A program made the translations under genes and the position numbers. The notes under the pieces were generated by a model. The model saw nothing but the letters and a program-made list of their open reading frames with translations, ran no database searches and was not told where the DNA came from. Shown here piece by piece: positions 35,295-46,504 of a stretch of 64,000 nucleotides of DNA. This DNA is from a phage: NCBI GenBank assembly GCA_016390365.1, contig GCA_016390365.1_3043.1, one strand, 5' to 3'. Numbering within the stretch: position 1 is the first letter of the stretch; the number at the start of each line of letters is the position of its first letter.

Positions 35295-36310
35295 AAATTT
35301 TAAATTTAGGTGATTGGCATTTAGGCGTTAAAGCCGATGATGAGTGGGTTCAATCCATTCAGTTGGATGGAATTAAACAAGCAATAGAATATTCTAAGAA
35401 AAATGGAATTACTACATGGATTCAATACGGCGATATTTTTGATGTGCGAAAAGCAATCACGCATAAAACTATGGAGTTCGCTCGTGAAATAGTTCAAATG
35501 CTTGATGATGCTGGTATTACCCTACATACTGTTGTAGGAAACCATGATATGCACTTTAAAAATACTTTAACTCCAAATGCCTCTACTGAGCTTTTGGCTA
35601 AATATCCTAATGTTAAAGTATATGATAAGCCTACTACAGTAGATTTTGACGGATGTTTAATTGATTTAATTCCTTGGATGTGTGAAGAAAATACTGGTGA
35701 AATTCTTGAACACATCAAAACTTCATCTGCTTCTTTTTGCGTTGGTCACTGGGAACTGAACGGATTTTATTTTTATAAAGGAATGAAATCTCACGGTCTT
35801 GAACCTGATTTCCTTAAGACTTATAAGGAAGTGTGGTCTGGTCACTTCCATACTATCTCTGAGGCTGCTAACGTCAGATATATTGGGACACCATGGACAC
35901 TAACTGCAGGTGACGAGAATGACCCTCGTGGGTTCTGGATGTTTGATACAGAAACAGAACGAATGGAATTTATTCCAAACAATACTACCTGGCATCGTAG
36001 AATTCATTATCCATTTAAAGGAAAAATTGACTATAAAGATTTTACAAATCTATCAGTACGTGTTATAGTAACTGAGGTAGACAAAAATCTGACGAAGTTC
36101 GAATCTGAACTAGAGAAAGTTGTGCATTCGTTACGAGTTGTGTCAAAGATTGATAACTCTGTCGAGTCAGATGACAGCGAAGAGGTTGAAGTTCAATCTC
36201 TTCAGACGTTGATGGAAGAATACATTAATGCAATTCCAGACATCACTGATTCTGACCGTGAAGCATTTATTCAATATGCAAATCAGTTATATGTAGAGGC
36301 AACACAATGA
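35291..36310 (+). CDS. 47: recombination nuclease subunit gp47 (Mre11-like)
   Basis: 339 aa; phosphoesterase motifs GDWH, GNHD. Confidence 0.9.
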   Translation: MKILNLGDWHLGVKADDEWVQSIQLDGIKQAIEYSKKNGITTWIQYGDIFDVRKAITHKTMEFAREIVQMLDDAGITLHTVVGNHDMHFKNTLTPNASTELLAKYPNVKVYDKPTTVDFDGCLIDLIPWMCEENTGEILEHIKTSSASFCVGHWELNGFYFYKGMKSHGLEPDFLKTYKEVWSGHFHTISEAANVRYIGTPWTLTAGDENDPRGFWMFDTETERMEFIPNNTTWHRRIHYPFKGKIDYKDFTNLSVRVIVTEVDKNLTKFESELEKVVHSLRVVSKIDNSVESDDSEEVEVQSLQTLMEEYINAIPDITDSDREAFIQYANQLYVEATQ

Positions 36311-36570
36311 CTTTTGATGAATTTAAAAATGTTATGATGAGTCAGCATTTTGAATGCGAAGTAAAAGATGATATTGGGCATAAAGAAATTATTGAATATT
36401 GGTTTGAACCGCTAGAGGTTGAAGATAATTGTATTAAAAAGGTTACGGTCTGCACTGACTGGGCTGTATCTTTTAACTTCAACATTTTAGATAATGACAC
36501 ACCTAAATCATTGCGAGATATGGCCGTATCTTGTATTAAGGATGCATACTGTGAAGTTTTCGACATTTGA
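36307..36570 (+). CDS. hypothetical protein
   Basis: Track ORF; ATGA overlap. Confidence 0.5.
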   Translation: MTFDEFKNVMMSQHFECEVKDDIGHKEIIEYWFEPLEVEDNCIKKVTVCTDWAVSFNFNILDNDTPKSLRDMAVSCIKDAYCEVFDI

Positions 36571-36757
36571 CATTAATGATGAATTCATAGCAAACATTGA
36601 TTATACCGAAGAAGATTCTAGATATGTTGGAATAATTTATATTACATCAAAAACAGCACAAGGCGTTGTTTGCATGGCTGAATTTGATGAATACTTTTTA
36701 GATTATAATGATATGATAGAATGGTCTAAAAGATACATTAAAAGGAATCTTTTGTGA
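36542..36757 (+). CDS. hypothetical protein
   Basis: ATG 36542 (track start 36494). Confidence 0.45.
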   Translation: MHTVKFSTFDINDEFIANIDYTEEDSRYVGIIYITSKTAQGVVCMAEFDEYFLDYNDMIEWSKRYIKRNLL

Positions 36758-38436
36758 AGAATTTTAAACTAAACCGAGTTAGGTATCAAAATATAATGTC
36801 AGTAGGTGGAAATCCTATTGACATTCAATTAGATAAGGTTCAAAAAACTCTTATTACTGGCCGAAATGGCGGTGGTAAGTCTACTATGTTAGAAGCCATC
36901 ACATTTGGGCTTTTTGGCAAGCCATTTCGTGATGTAAAGAAAGGTCAATTAATAAACAGCACAAATAAGAAAGAACTTTTAGTTGAATTGTGGATGGAAT
37001 ATGATGAGAAAAAGTACTATATCAAAAGAGGACAAAAACCAAACGTTTTCGAAATCACCGTTAACGGTACACGTCTTAATGAATCTGCCAGCAGTAAAGA
37101 TTTCCAAGCAGAATTTGAACAGCTTATCGGAATGTCATATGCCAGTTTCAAGCAGATTGTTGTTCTTGGTACAGCAGGGTATACCCCTTTCATGGGTTTG
37201 TCGACCCCTGCGCGAAGAAAGCTTGTGGAAGACCTGCTTGAGGTAGGAACATTAGCTGAAATGGATAAGCTTAATAAAGCACTAATACGTGAATTAAATT
37301 CACAAAACCAAGTGCTTGATGTTAAAAAAGATAGTATTATCCAACAAATTAAAATATATAATGATAACGTTGAACGCCAGAAAAAATTAACGGGTGACAA
37401 CCTTACTCGTCTTCAAAATATGTATGATGATTTGGCAAAAGAAGCTAGAACGCTAAAATCGGAAATAGAAGAAGCTAATGAAAGATTAGTTAATATTGTT
37501 TTAGATGAAGACCCGACTGATGCATTTAATAAAATCGGTCAAGAAGCATTTTTAATTAAATCAAAAATTGACTCGTATAATAAAGTCATTAATATGTATC
37601 ACGAAGGTGGATTATGTCCAACCTGTTTGTCACAATTAAGTTCCGGTGATAAAGTTGTTTCTAAAATTAAAGATAAAGTTTCTGAATGCACGCATTCGTT
37701 TGAACAGCTTTCAACACATCGTGATAATTTAAAAGTTCTTGTTGATGAATACCGAGATAATATTAAAACCCAGCAGTCGTTGGCAAATGATATTCGCAAT
37801 AAAAAGCAATCTCTAATCACGACGGTAGATAAAGCTAAAAAAGTTAAAGCAGCTATAGAAAAAGCATCTTCTGAGTTTATTGACCATGCTGATGAAATAG
37901 CATTGCTTCAAGAAGAACTTGATAAAATTGTTGAGACAAAAACTAATTTAGTAATGGAAAAATACCACCGAGGAATTTTGACTGATATGCTCAAAGATTC
38001 TGGTATTAAAGGTGCTATTATTAAAAAGTACATTCCATTATTTAATAAGCAGATTAACCATTATCTTAAAATAATGGAAGCGGATTATGTGTTTACATTA
38101 GATGAAGAATTTAATGAGACAATTAAATCTCGTGGTCGTGAAGATTTTAGTTATGCTTCATTTAGTGAAGGTGAAAAGGCAAGAATTGATATTGCTCTTT
38201 TATTTACTTGGCGTGATATTGCTTCTATTGTATCTGGTGTTAGTATTAGTACATTAATACTCGATGAAGTGTTTGATGGGTCATTTGACGCCGAAGGTAT
38301 TAAAGGTGTAGCTAATATTATAAATTCAATGAAAAACACTAATGTTTTTATAATTTCGCATAAAGACCATGACCCGCAAGAATATGGTCAGCATCTTCAA
38401 ATGAAGAAAGTTGGTCGATTTACTGTAATGGTTTAA
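36754..38436 (+). CDS. 46: recombination nuclease subunit gp46 (Rad50/SbcC-like)
   Basis: 560 aa; GTG start 36754 with AGGA RBS; Walker A GRNGGGKST, long coiled coil, CPTC zinc hook, Walker B LILDE. Confidence 0.9.
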   Translation: MKNFKLNRVRYQNIMSVGGNPIDIQLDKVQKTLITGRNGGGKSTMLEAITFGLFGKPFRDVKKGQLINSTNKKELLVELWMEYDEKKYYIKRGQKPNVFEITVNGTRLNESASSKDFQAEFEQLIGMSYASFKQIVVLGTAGYTPFMGLSTPARRKLVEDLLEVGTLAEMDKLNKALIRELNSQNQVLDVKKDSIIQQIKIYNDNVERQKKLTGDNLTRLQNMYDDLAKEARTLKSEIEEANERLVNIVLDEDPTDAFNKIGQEAFLIKSKIDSYNKVINMYHEGGLCPTCLSQLSSGDKVVSKIKDKVSECTHSFEQLSTHRDNLKVLVDEYRDNIKTQQSLANDIRNKKQSLITTVDKAKKVKAAIEKASSEFIDHADEIALLQEELDKIVETKTNLVMEKYHRGILTDMLKDSGIKGAIIKKYIPLFNKQINHYLKIMEADYVFTLDEEFNETIKSRGREDFSYASFSEGEKARIDIALLFTWRDIASIVSGVSISTLILDEVFDGSFDAEGIKGVANIINSMKNTNVFIISHKDHDPQEYGQHLQMKKVGRFTVMV

Positions 38437-38491
38437 TTTATAAGAGATTATGCTTTAATTTATTAGAGTATAATCTCTATGGAGGAAAAAC

Positions 38492-38680
38492 ATGGAATAT
38501 TCAACTGGACAGCATTTATTAACTTTTCCTGAAATAAAACGATATATTCTGAGAAATAATTTTTCTAATGAAGAGCATATAGTTACTGAATCTATGCTTA
38601 GGAATGCATTTAAAGCAGAATATACAAAAATAATGTCCAATAGAAATGAAGCTTGGACTGTTACTGATTATTATGACTAA
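38492..38680 (+). CDS. hypothetical protein
   Basis: GGAGG RBS; track ORF. Confidence 0.5.
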   Translation: MEYSTGQHLLTFPEIKRYILRNNFSNEEHIVTESMLRNAFKAEYTKIMSNRNEAWTVTDYYD

Positions 38681-38689
38681 AGGTGTATT

Positions 38690-39079
38690 ATGACTAAAAT
38701 TACTGTGAATTATACTGTTGATGTAAAAGATATTCAGCCAAAACACGTGCGTTCTGAATCAAATCCACAAAACCAAAATAAAATTCGTCGCGCATGGGTT
38801 TTGTCTCTTTCTGATAACGCAATGGAAGTTATTCAGAACAAAATTAAATCTGCACCTGCTCGTCATGCGTATTATGAAGCTATCGATCGTGAAGTAAGTA
38901 ATAAATGGATTGAACTAATGCGCAAACATACTACAGAATCCCTAAACGCCGGTGCTAAATTTATTATGACTTCATGCGGTGAACGTCTTGAAGATGATTA
39001 TTGCGGTAATGCAGATGAACGTCTAATTGTTGCTGCTCAAATTGTTGCGGAAACAATTGCGGCTGATTTTAATCGTTAA
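38690..39079 (+). CDS. rpbA: RNA-polymerase-binding protein RpbA-like (by position and length)
   Basis: 129 aa immediately upstream of gene 45, as in T4. Confidence 0.5.
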
Positions 39080-39134
39080 TTGCTTTATTAAATTAGTTAT
39101 AAAATTAAATCTCATTTGAATTGAAGGAAATTAC

Positions 39135-39821
39135 ATGAAACTGTCTAAAGATACTACTGCTCTGCTTAAAAATTTCGCTACTATTAACTCTGGCATTATG
39201 CTTAAATCTGGTCAATTTATTATGACTCGCGCAGTTAATGGTACAACTTATGCGGAAGCAAATATTTCCGACACCATTGATTTTGATGTAGCAATTTACG
39301 ATTTGAACGGTTTTCTCGGTATTCTGTCCCTAGTTAATGACGATGCAGAAATTTCCCAGTCAGAAGATGGAAATATTAAAATTGCTGATGCTCGTTCAAC
39401 AATTTTTTGGCCAGCAGCCGATCCGAGTACAGTAGTTGCTCCTAATAAACCAATTCCATTCCCGGTAGCATCTGTTGTTACTGAAATTAAAGCTGAAGAC
39501 CTTCAACAGCTGTTGCGTGTATCTCGTGGTCTGCAGATTGATACAATTGCTATCACAGTAAAAGAAGGTAAAATCGTAATTAACGGTTTTAATAAAGTAG
39601 AAGATTCTGCTCTTACCCGTGTTAAATATTCTTTGACTCTTGGTGATTATGATGGTGAAAATACATTTAATTTCATTATCAATATGGCAAATATGAAAAT
39701 GCAACCAGGAAATTATAAACTTCTGCTCTGGGCAAAAGGTAAACAAGGTGCTGCTAAATTTGAAGGTGAACACGCGAATTATGTAGTAGCTCTTGAAGCT
39801 GATTCTACCCACGATTTTTAA
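39135..39821 (+). CDS. 45: sliding clamp gp45
   Basis: 228 aa; MKLSKDTTALLKNFATINSGIMLKSGQF... matches T4 gp45. Confidence 0.9.
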   Translation: MKLSKDTTALLKNFATINSGIMLKSGQFIMTRAVNGTTYAEANISDTIDFDVAIYDLNGFLGILSLVNDDAEISQSEDGNIKIADARSTIFWPAADPSTVVAPNKPIPFPVASVVTEIKAEDLQQLLRVSRGLQIDTIAITVKEGKIVINGFNKVEDSALTRVKYSLTLGDYDGENTFNFIINMANMKMQPGNYKLLLWAKGKQGAAKFEGEHANYVVALEADSTHDF

Positions 39822-39870
39822 TAGAGGGCTTCGGCCCTTAAATTTACACTAAAACTTGAATGAGGAAATT

Positions 39871-40830
39871 ATGATTACCGTAAATGAAAAAGAACACATT
39901 CTTGAACAGAAATATCGTCCATCTACTATCGATGAATGTATTCTTCCTGCCTTTGATAAAGAAACCTTTAAATCTATTACAAGTAAAGGTAAGATTCCAC
40001 ATATTATTCTTCATTCTCCTTCTCCAGGAACAGGTAAAACAACTGTAGCAAAAGCATTGTGTCATGATGTAAATGCTGATATGATGTTTGTGAATGGTTC
40101 AGATTGTAAAATTGATTTCGTTCGTGGTCCTTTGACTAATTTTGCCAGCGCCGCTTCATTTGATGGTCGTCAAAAAGTAATCGTTATTGATGAATTTGAC
40201 CGTTCAGGTTTAGCAGAATCTCAGCGACATCTTCGTTCCTTTATGGAAGCTTATAGTTCAAACTGTAGTATTATTATTACTGCTAACAATATTGATGGTA
40301 TTATTAAACCACTTCAGTCACGCTGCCGAGTTATTACGTTCGGTCAACCGACCGATGAAGATAAAATTGAAATGATGAAGCAGATGATTCGTCGATTGAC
40401 TGAAATCTGTAAACATGAAGGTATTGCTATAGCTGATATGAAAGTTGTAGCAGCTTTGGTTAAAAAGAATTTTCCTGATTTTCGTAAAACTATTGGCGAG
40501 CTCGATAGTTATTCATCTAAAGGTGTTTTGGATGCTGGTATTTTATCACTGGTTACTAACGATCGTGGTGTTATTGATGATGTTCTTGAGTCTCTCAAAA
40601 ATAAAGATGTTAAACAACTCAGAGCTTTAGCACCAAAATATGCAGCCGATTATTCTTGGTTTGTTGGTAAACTTGCCGAAGAAATCTATTCACGTGTAAC
40701 TCCACAGAGCATTATTCGTATGTACGAAATTGTCGGCGAAAATAATCAGTATCATGGTATTGCAGCTAATACTGAATTGCATCTAGCTTATCTTTTCATT
40801 CAATTAGCATGCGAAATGCAGTGGAAGTGA
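39871..40830 (+). CDS. 44: clamp-loader large subunit gp44
   Basis: 319 aa from ATG 39871; Walker [14 protein letters not shown] motif. Confidence 0.9.
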   Translation: MITVNEKEHILEQKYRPSTIDECILPAFDKETFKSITSKGKIPHIILHSPSPGTGKTTVAKALCHDVNADMMFVNGSDCKIDFVRGPLTNFASAASFDGRQKVIVIDEFDRSGLAESQRHLRSFMEAYSSNCSIIITANNIDGIIKPLQSRCRVITFGQPTDEDKIEMMKQMIRRLTEICKHEGIAIADMKVVAALVKKNFPDFRKTIGELDSYSSKGVLDAGILSLVTNDRGVIDDVLESLKNKDVKQLRALAPKYAADYSWFVGKLAEEIYSRVTPQSIIRMYEIVGENNQYHGIAANTELHLAYLFIQLACEMQWK

Positions 40831-40831
40831 T

Positions 40832-41395
40832 ATGAGCTTATTTGAAGATGATATTCAATTAAACAAGCATCAAGTTGCTTGGTATTCAAAAGATTGGACA
40901 GCTGTCCAATCCGCTGCTGATTCTTTTAAAGAAAAAGCTGAAAATGAATTTTTTGAAATAATTGGAGCTATTAATAATAAAACTAAATGCTCTATTGCTC
41001 AAAAAGATTATTCAAAATTCATGGTTGAAAATGCATTATCACAATTTCCAGAGTGCATGCCAGCTGTATATGCTATGAATTTAATCGGTTCTGGATTAAG
41101 TGATGAAGCTCATTTTAATTATCTAATGGCTGCAGTTCCTCGGGGTAAAAGATATGGTAAATGGGCAAAACTAGTTGAAGATTCCACCGAAGTATTGATT
41201 ATTAAGTTACTTGCTAAGCGGTATCAAGTTAATACAAATGATGCAATTAACTATAAATCAATTATTACTAAAAATGGAAAACTACCTTTAGTATTAAAAG
41301 AACTTAAAGGATTAGTCACGGATGATTTTTTGAAAGAAGTGACTAAGAACGTAAAAGAACAGAAACAGCTCAAAAAACTAGCATTGGAATGGTAA
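40832..41395 (+). CDS. 62: clamp-loader small subunit gp62
   Basis: 187 aa directly after gene 44. Confidence 0.85.
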   Translation: MSLFEDDIQLNKHQVAWYSKDWTAVQSAADSFKEKAENEFFEIIGAINNKTKCSIAQKDYSKFMVENALSQFPECMPAVYAMNLIGSGLSDEAHFNYLMAAVPRGKRYGKWAKLVEDSTEVLIIKLLAKRYQVNTNDAINYKSIITKNGKLPLVLKELKGLVTDDFLKEVTKNVKEQKQLKKLALEW

Positions 41396-41396
41396 A

Positions 41397-41765
41397 ATGA
41401 TTGAAATTACTCTTAAAAAACCTGAAGATTTTCTGAAAGTAAAAGAAACTTTGACTCGTATGGGAATTGCTAATAATAAAGATAAAGTTCTGTATCAGTC
41501 CTGTCATATTCTTCAGAAAAAAGGACTATACTATATCGTTCATTTTAAAGAAATGCTTCGTATGGATGGTCGCCAGGTTGAAATGACAGAAGAAGATGAA
41601 GTTCGTCGTGATTCGATTGCATGGCTGTTAGAAGATTGGGGACTGATTGAAATCGTTCCTGGTCAAAGAACTTTTATGAAAGATTTAACTAATAATTTCC
41701 GAGTTATTTCTTTTAAACAAAAACATGAATGGAAACTCGTTCCTAAATATACGATTGGTAATTAA
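41397..41765 (+). CDS. regA: translational repressor RegA
   Basis: 122 aa directly after gene 62, before gene 43. Confidence 0.85.
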   Translation: MIEITLKKPEDFLKVKETLTRMGIANNKDKVLYQSCHILQKKGLYYIVHFKEMLRMDGRQVEMTEEDEVRRDSIAWLLEDWGLIEIVPGQRTFMKDLTNNFRVISFKQKHEWKLVPKYTIGN

Positions 41766-41843
41766 GCAAGGGGCTTCGGCCCCTTAATTGGAGTATAATA
41801 TATCAAGAGCCTAATAACTCGGGCTATAAACTAAGGAATATCT

Positions 41844-44540
41844 ATGAAAGAATTTTATATCTCTATTGAAACAGTCGGAAATAACATTGTTGAACGTTAT
41901 ATTGATGAAAACGGAAAGGAACGTACTCGTGAAGTAGAATATCTTCCGACTATGTTTAGGCATTGTAAGGAAGAGTCAAAATACAAAGACATCTATGGTA
42001 AAAATTGTGCTCCTCAAAAATTTCCATCAATGAAAGATGCACGAGACTGGATGAAACGAATGGAAGACATTGGTCTCGAAGCTCTCGGTATGAACGATTT
42101 TAAACTCGCTTATATCAGTGATACATATGGTTCAGAAATTGTTTATGACCGAAAATTTGTTCGTGTAGCTAACTGTGACATTGAGGTTACTGGTGATAAA
42201 TTTCCTGACCCAATGAAAGCAGAATATGAAATTGATGCTATCACTCATTATGATTCAATTGACGATCGTTTTTACGTCTTTGATTTGTTGAATTCAATGT
42301 ACGGTTCAGTATCAAAATGGGATGCAAAGTTAGCTGCTAAGCTTGACTGTGAAGGTGGTGATGAAGTTCCTCAAGAAATTCTTGACCGAGTAATTTATAT
42401 GCCATTCGATAATGAGCGTGATATGCTCATGGAATATATCAATCTTTGGGAACAGAAACGACCTGCTATTTTTACCGGTTGGAATATTGAGGGATTTGAC
42501 GTTCCGTATATCATGAATCGCGTTAAAATGGTTCTCGGTGAACGCAGTATGAAACGTTTCTCTCCAATCGGTCGAGTAAAATCTAAACTAATTCAAAATA
42601 TGTACGGTAGCAAAGAAATTTATTCTATTGATGGCGTATCTATTCTTGATTATTTAGATTTGTACAAGAAATTCGCTTTTACTAATTTGCCGTCATTCTC
42701 TTTGGAATCAGTTGCTCAACATGAAACCAAAAAAGGTAAATTACCATACGACGGTCCTATTAATAAACTTCGTGAGACTAATCATCAACGATACATTAGT
42801 TATAACATCATTGACGTAGAATCAGTTCAAGCAATTGATAAAATTCGCGGGTTTATCGATCTAGTTTTAAGTATGTCTTATTACGCTAAAATGCCTTTTT
42901 CTGGTGTAATGAGTCCTATTAAAACCTGGGATGCTATTATTTTTAACTCATTGAAAGGTGAACATAAGGTTATTCCTCAACAAGGTTCGCACGTTAAACA
43001 GAGTTTTCCGGGTGCATTTGTGTTTGAACCTAAACCAATTGCTCGTCGATATATTATGAGTTTTGACTTGACGTCTCTATATCCTAGCATTATTCGTCAG
43101 GTTAACATTAGTCCTGAAACTATTCGTGGACAATTTAAAGTTCATCCAATTCATGAATATATCGCAGGAACAGCTCCTAAACCGAGTGATGAATATTCTT
43201 GTTCTCCGAATGGATGGATGTATGATAAGCATCAAGAAGGTATCATTCCAAAGGAAATCGCTAAAGTATTTTTCCAGCGTAAAGACTGGAAAAAGAAAAT
43301 GTTCGCTGAAGAAATGAATGCCGAAGCTATTAAAAAGATTATTATGAAAGGCGCAGGGTCTTGTTCAACTAAACCAGAAGTTGAACGATATGTTAAGTTC
43401 AGTGATGATTTCTTAAATGAACTATCGAATTATACTGAATCTGTTCTCAATAGTCTGATTGAGGAATGTGAAAAAGCAGCTACACTTGCTAATACAAATC
43501 AGCTGAACCGTAAAATTCTTATTAACAGTCTTTATGGTGCTCTTGGTAATATTCATTTCCGTTACTATGATTTGCGAAATGCTACTGCTATCACAATTTT
43601 CGGCCAAGTTGGTATTCAGTGGATTGCTCGTAAAATTAATGAATATCTGAATAAAGTATGCGGAACCAATGGCGAAGATTTCATCGCAGCAGGTGATACT
43701 GATTCGGTATATGTTTGTGTAGATAAAGTTATTGAAAAAGTTGGTCTTGACCGATTCAAAGAGCAGAACGATTTAGTTGAATTCATGAATCAGTTCGGTA
43801 AGAAAAAGATGGAACCTATGATTGATGTTGCATATCGTGAGTTATGTGATTATATGAATAACCGCGAGCATCTGATGCATATGGACCGTGAAGCTATTTC
43901 TTGCCCTCCACTTGGTTCAAAGGGCGTTGGTGGATTTTGGAAAGCGAAAAAGCGTTATGCTCTGAACGTTTATGATATGGAAGATAAGCGATTTGCTGAA
44001 CCGCATCTAAAAATCATGGGTATGGAAACTCAGCAGAGTTCAACGCCCAAAGCGGTCCAAGAAGCTCTCGAAGAAAGTATTCGTCGTATTCTTCAGGAAG
44101 GTGAAGAGTCTGTCCAAGAATATTACAAGAACTTCGAGAAAGAATATCGTCAACTCGACTATAAAGTTATTGCTGAAGTAAAAACTGCGAACGATATAGC
44201 GAAATATGATGATAAAGGTTGGCCAGGATTTAAATGTCCGTTCCATATTCGTGGTGTGCTAACTTATCGTCGAGCTGTTAGCGGTTTAGGTGTAGCTCCA
44301 ATTTTGGATGGAAATAAAGTAATGGTTCTTCCATTGCGTGAAGGAAATCCATTTGGTGACAAATGCATTGCTTGGCCGTCGGGTACAGAACTTCCAAAAG
44401 AAATTCGTTCTGACGTACTGTCTTGGATTGACTACTCAACTTTGTTCCAAAAATCGTTTGTTAAACCGCTTGCGGGCATGTGTGAATCGGCTGGTATGGA
44501 CTATGAAGAAAAAGCTTCGTTAGACTTCCTGTTTGGCTGA
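41844..44540 (+). CDS. 43: DNA polymerase gp43 (family B)
   Basis: 898 aa; exonuclease and polymerase motifs (DxE, YGDTDS-like AGDTDSVYV). Confidence 0.95.
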   Translation: MKEFYISIETVGNNIVERYIDENGKERTREVEYLPTMFRHCKEESKYKDIYGKNCAPQKFPSMKDARDWMKRMEDIGLEALGMNDFKLAYISDTYGSEIVYDRKFVRVANCDIEVTGDKFPDPMKAEYEIDAITHYDSIDDRFYVFDLLNSMYGSVSKWDAKLAAKLDCEGGDEVPQEILDRVIYMPFDNERDMLMEYINLWEQKRPAIFTGWNIEGFDVPYIMNRVKMVLGERSMKRFSPIGRVKSKLIQNMYGSKEIYSIDGVSILDYLDLYKKFAFTNLPSFSLESVAQHETKKGKLPYDGPINKLRETNHQRYISYNIIDVESVQAIDKIRGFIDLVLSMSYYAKMPFSGVMSPIKTWDAIIFNSLKGEHKVIPQQGSHVKQSFPGAFVFEPKPIARRYIMSFDLTSLYPSIIRQVNISPETIRGQFKVHPIHEYIAGTAPKPSDEYSCSPNGWMYDKHQEGIIPKEIAKVFFQRKDWKKKMFAEEMNAEAIKKIIMKGAGSCSTKPEVERYVKFSDDFLNELSNYTESVLNSLIEECEKAATLANTNQLNRKILINSLYGALGNIHFRYYDLRNATAITIFGQVGIQWIARKINEYLNKVCGTNGEDFIAAGDTDSVYVCVDKVIEKVGLDRFKEQNDLVEFMNQFGKKKMEPMIDVAYRELCDYMNNREHLMHMDREAISCPPLGSKGVGGFWKAKKRYALNVYDMEDKRFAEPHLKIMGMETQQSSTPKAVQEALEESIRRILQEGEESVQEYYKNFEKEYRQLDYKVIAEVKTANDIAKYDDKGWPGFKCPFHIRGVLTYRRAVSGLGVAPILDGNKVMVLPLREGNPFGDKCIAWPSGTELPKEIRSDVLSWIDYSTLFQKSFVKPLAGMCESAGMDYEEKASLDFLFG

Positions 44541-44552
44541 TAGAATAAATCT

Positions 44553-44575
44553 AGGGACCTCCGGGTCCCTTTTTC
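44553..44575 (+). terminator. intrinsic terminator
   Basis: AGGGACC-TCCG-GGTCCCT then T5. Confidence 0.7.
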
Positions 44576-44640
44576 ATACAAGTAATATAAATCTATACTT
44601 AGGAAAAATAGATGATTCTGGACCCTTTGGATTCATTAAA

Positions 44641-44710
44641 ATTTTTTCACAAAACTGTTTACATCCCTGTTCTTCCATGGTACTATACAACTATCAACTA
44701 CTGATACAGA
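44641..44710 (+). promoter_or_regulatory. early promoter cassette, copy 2
   Basis: 70 nt identical to 3195-3264; -35 GTTTAC 44657-44662, -10 TACTAT 44681-44686. Confidence 0.6.
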
Positions 44711-44723
44711 TTTGGAGAATAAA

Positions 44724-44960
44724 ATGAAAATTGTTATGGGATGCTTAGCAGTTTGTTTAGTTGCATTAGCAGCAGTTCCATTTGTTAGTGTTGAAAATGA
44801 TACTCAACCTGTGATTGAATCTAGCACTGTTATTCACACTAATGGTAAAATATCAGTTAAAATTGATGATAATCTTCATGCGAATACAAATGGATCTTTA
44901 GGTGTGCAAATGGGTAATACCTGCATAAGCACTACTGGAGTAATTACTACTTGCATTTGA
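44724..44960 (+). CDS. small secreted/membrane protein
   Basis: ATG 44724 (track start is TTG 44712); hydrophobic N-terminus MKIVMGCLAVCLVALAAVPF. Confidence 0.5.
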   Translation: MKIVMGCLAVCLVALAAVPFVSVENDTQPVIESSTVIHTNGKISVKIDDNLHANTNGSLGVQMGNTCISTTGVITTCI

Positions 44961-44970
44961 GGAAATTATT

Positions 44971-45351
44971 ATGAAAATCGCTATTTTGGTTATTGCATTA
45001 GGTCTTACTGGTTGTGTAGCTCAAGGACCGGTAGTAAATCAGTCTGATGTAGGAAAAATTGTAAACTGTTCAAGCAAGTTTTATAATCCTAATGTCAAGT
45101 GTTATAAAGAAGCTCCAAAACAGACAGTAGAACAAATGCAGGCGAATTTTGACGAAGCTATTCGTCCAGATGAATCTGCTCAAGCATATCGTAATTCTGA
45201 TGTAATTACACGCGAAGAAAAAATTGAAAACTACTGCGCCGAAATTTGGGCTAATTGGGCTAATAATTACCAATGGCGTACTGGTAAAAATGCTCCGATG
45301 GAGTATGTAGTGAATTCTTATAATTCATGTGTAAAAAATTTGACTAAGTGA
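44971..45351 (+). CDS. putative lipoprotein
   Basis: Lipobox-like N-terminus MKIAILVIALGLTGC. Confidence 0.55.
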   Translation: MKIAILVIALGLTGCVAQGPVVNQSDVGKIVNCSSKFYNPNVKCYKEAPKQTVEQMQANFDEAIRPDESAQAYRNSDVITREEKIENYCAEIWANWANNYQWRTGKNAPMEYVVNSYNSCVKNLTK

Positions 45352-45358
45352 GGAAAAC

Positions 45359-45610
45359 ATGGAAACTTTAGTAGCAGGTTCAATTTTTATGGTTTTAGTT
45401 TCAGGTGTGTTGGCTATTATTATATACATGCTTCCATGGTTCATCGCCTTGATGCGTGGGTCAAAATCAACAGTAGGAATCTTTTTCACGTCTTTACTGT
45501 TTAACTGGTCAATTATTGGTTGGTTTATTACATTTATTTGGTCAATTGCGGGTGAAACTAAAAAGTCTGCACAACCAAATCAGGTAATTATCATCAGAGA
45601 GAAGGAATGA
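45359..45610 (+). CDS. imm: superinfection immunity membrane protein
   Basis: 83 aa, two hydrophobic helices; located between genes 43 and 42 as in T4. Confidence 0.65.
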   Translation: METLVAGSIFMVLVSGVLAIIIYMLPWFIALMRGSKSTVGIFFTSLLFNWSIIGWFITFIWSIAGETKKSAQPNQVIIIREKE

Positions 45611-45756
45611 AAAGCAAAATTATAACAGTGTTGCTTTTAATCTTGATGATTATAATAAGTATATACTATAGTGTAACGGTTCCTCTTATGATTCCAACTA
45701 TTATTTTAGGTTGGAGCTTATTACTGTTACAAGTTAAATATGAATGTATCAATTGA
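45607..45756 (+). CDS. 49-aa membrane peptide
   Basis: ATGA overlap with imm; hydrophobic. Confidence 0.35.
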   Translation: MKSKIITVLLLILMIIISIYYSVTVPLMIPTIILGWSLLLLQVKYECIN

Positions 45757-45763
45757 GGTTTAA

Positions 45764-46504
45764 ATGATTAGTGACTCTATGACAGTTGAAGAAATCCGTC
45801 TTCATTTGGGGCTTGCATTAAAAGAAAAAGATTTCGTAGTTGATAAAACCGGTGTTAAAACTATTGAAATTATTGGCGCATCATTTGTAGCAGATGAACC
45901 GTTTATTTTTGGCGCTCTTAATGATGAATACATTCAGCGCGAACTTGAATGGTATAAATCTAAGAGCTTGTTTGTTAAAGATATTCCAGGTGAAACACCA
46001 AAGATTTGGCAGCAGGTAGCATCTTCTAAAGGCGAAATTAACTCGAATTATGGTTGGGCTATTTGGTCAGAAGATAACTATGCCCAGTATGATATGTGTT
46101 TAGCTGAACTTGGTCAAAATCCTGATTCTCGGCGTGGTATCATGATTTATACTCGTCCATCCATGCAATTTGACTACAATAAAGATGGTATGTCAGATTT
46201 CATGTGTACTAATACAGTACAGTACCTGATTCGTGATAAGAAAGTCAATGCAGTAGTAAGCATGCGCTCAAATGACGTGGTCTTCGGATTCCGTAATGAT
46301 TATGCATGGCAAAAATATGTATTAGATAAATTAGTATCTGATTTGAATGCAGGCGATTCAACTCGTCAGTATAAAGCAGGTTCTATTATATGGAATGTTG
46401 GAAGTCTTCATGTATATTCTCGTCATTTTTACTTGGTTGATCATTGGTGGAATACTGGCGAAACTCATATTGTGAAAAAAGATTATAACGGTGAGTGGAA
46501 ATGA
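45764..46504 (+). CDS. 42: dCMP hydroxymethylase
   Basis: 246 aa; thymidylate-synthase-like fold, matches T4 gp42. Confidence 0.9.
   Translation: MISDSMTVEEIRLHLGLALKEKDFVVDKTGVKTIEIIGASFVADEPFIFGALNDEYIQRELEWYKSKSLFVKDIPGETPKIWQQVASSKGEINSNYGWAIWSEDNYAQYDMCLAELGQNPDSRRGIMIYTRPSMQFDYNKDGMSDFMCTNTVQYLIRDKKVNAVVSMRSNDVVFGFRNDYAWQKYVLDKLVSDLNAGDSTRQYKAGSIIWNVGSLHVYSRHFYLVDHWWNTGETHIVKKDYNGEWK

Noticed and set aside
45631-45655. MotA-box middle promoter at TTGCTTTT upstream of gene 42
   Set aside because: The box does not fit the consensus (T instead of A at the last position) and lies inside a coding region.
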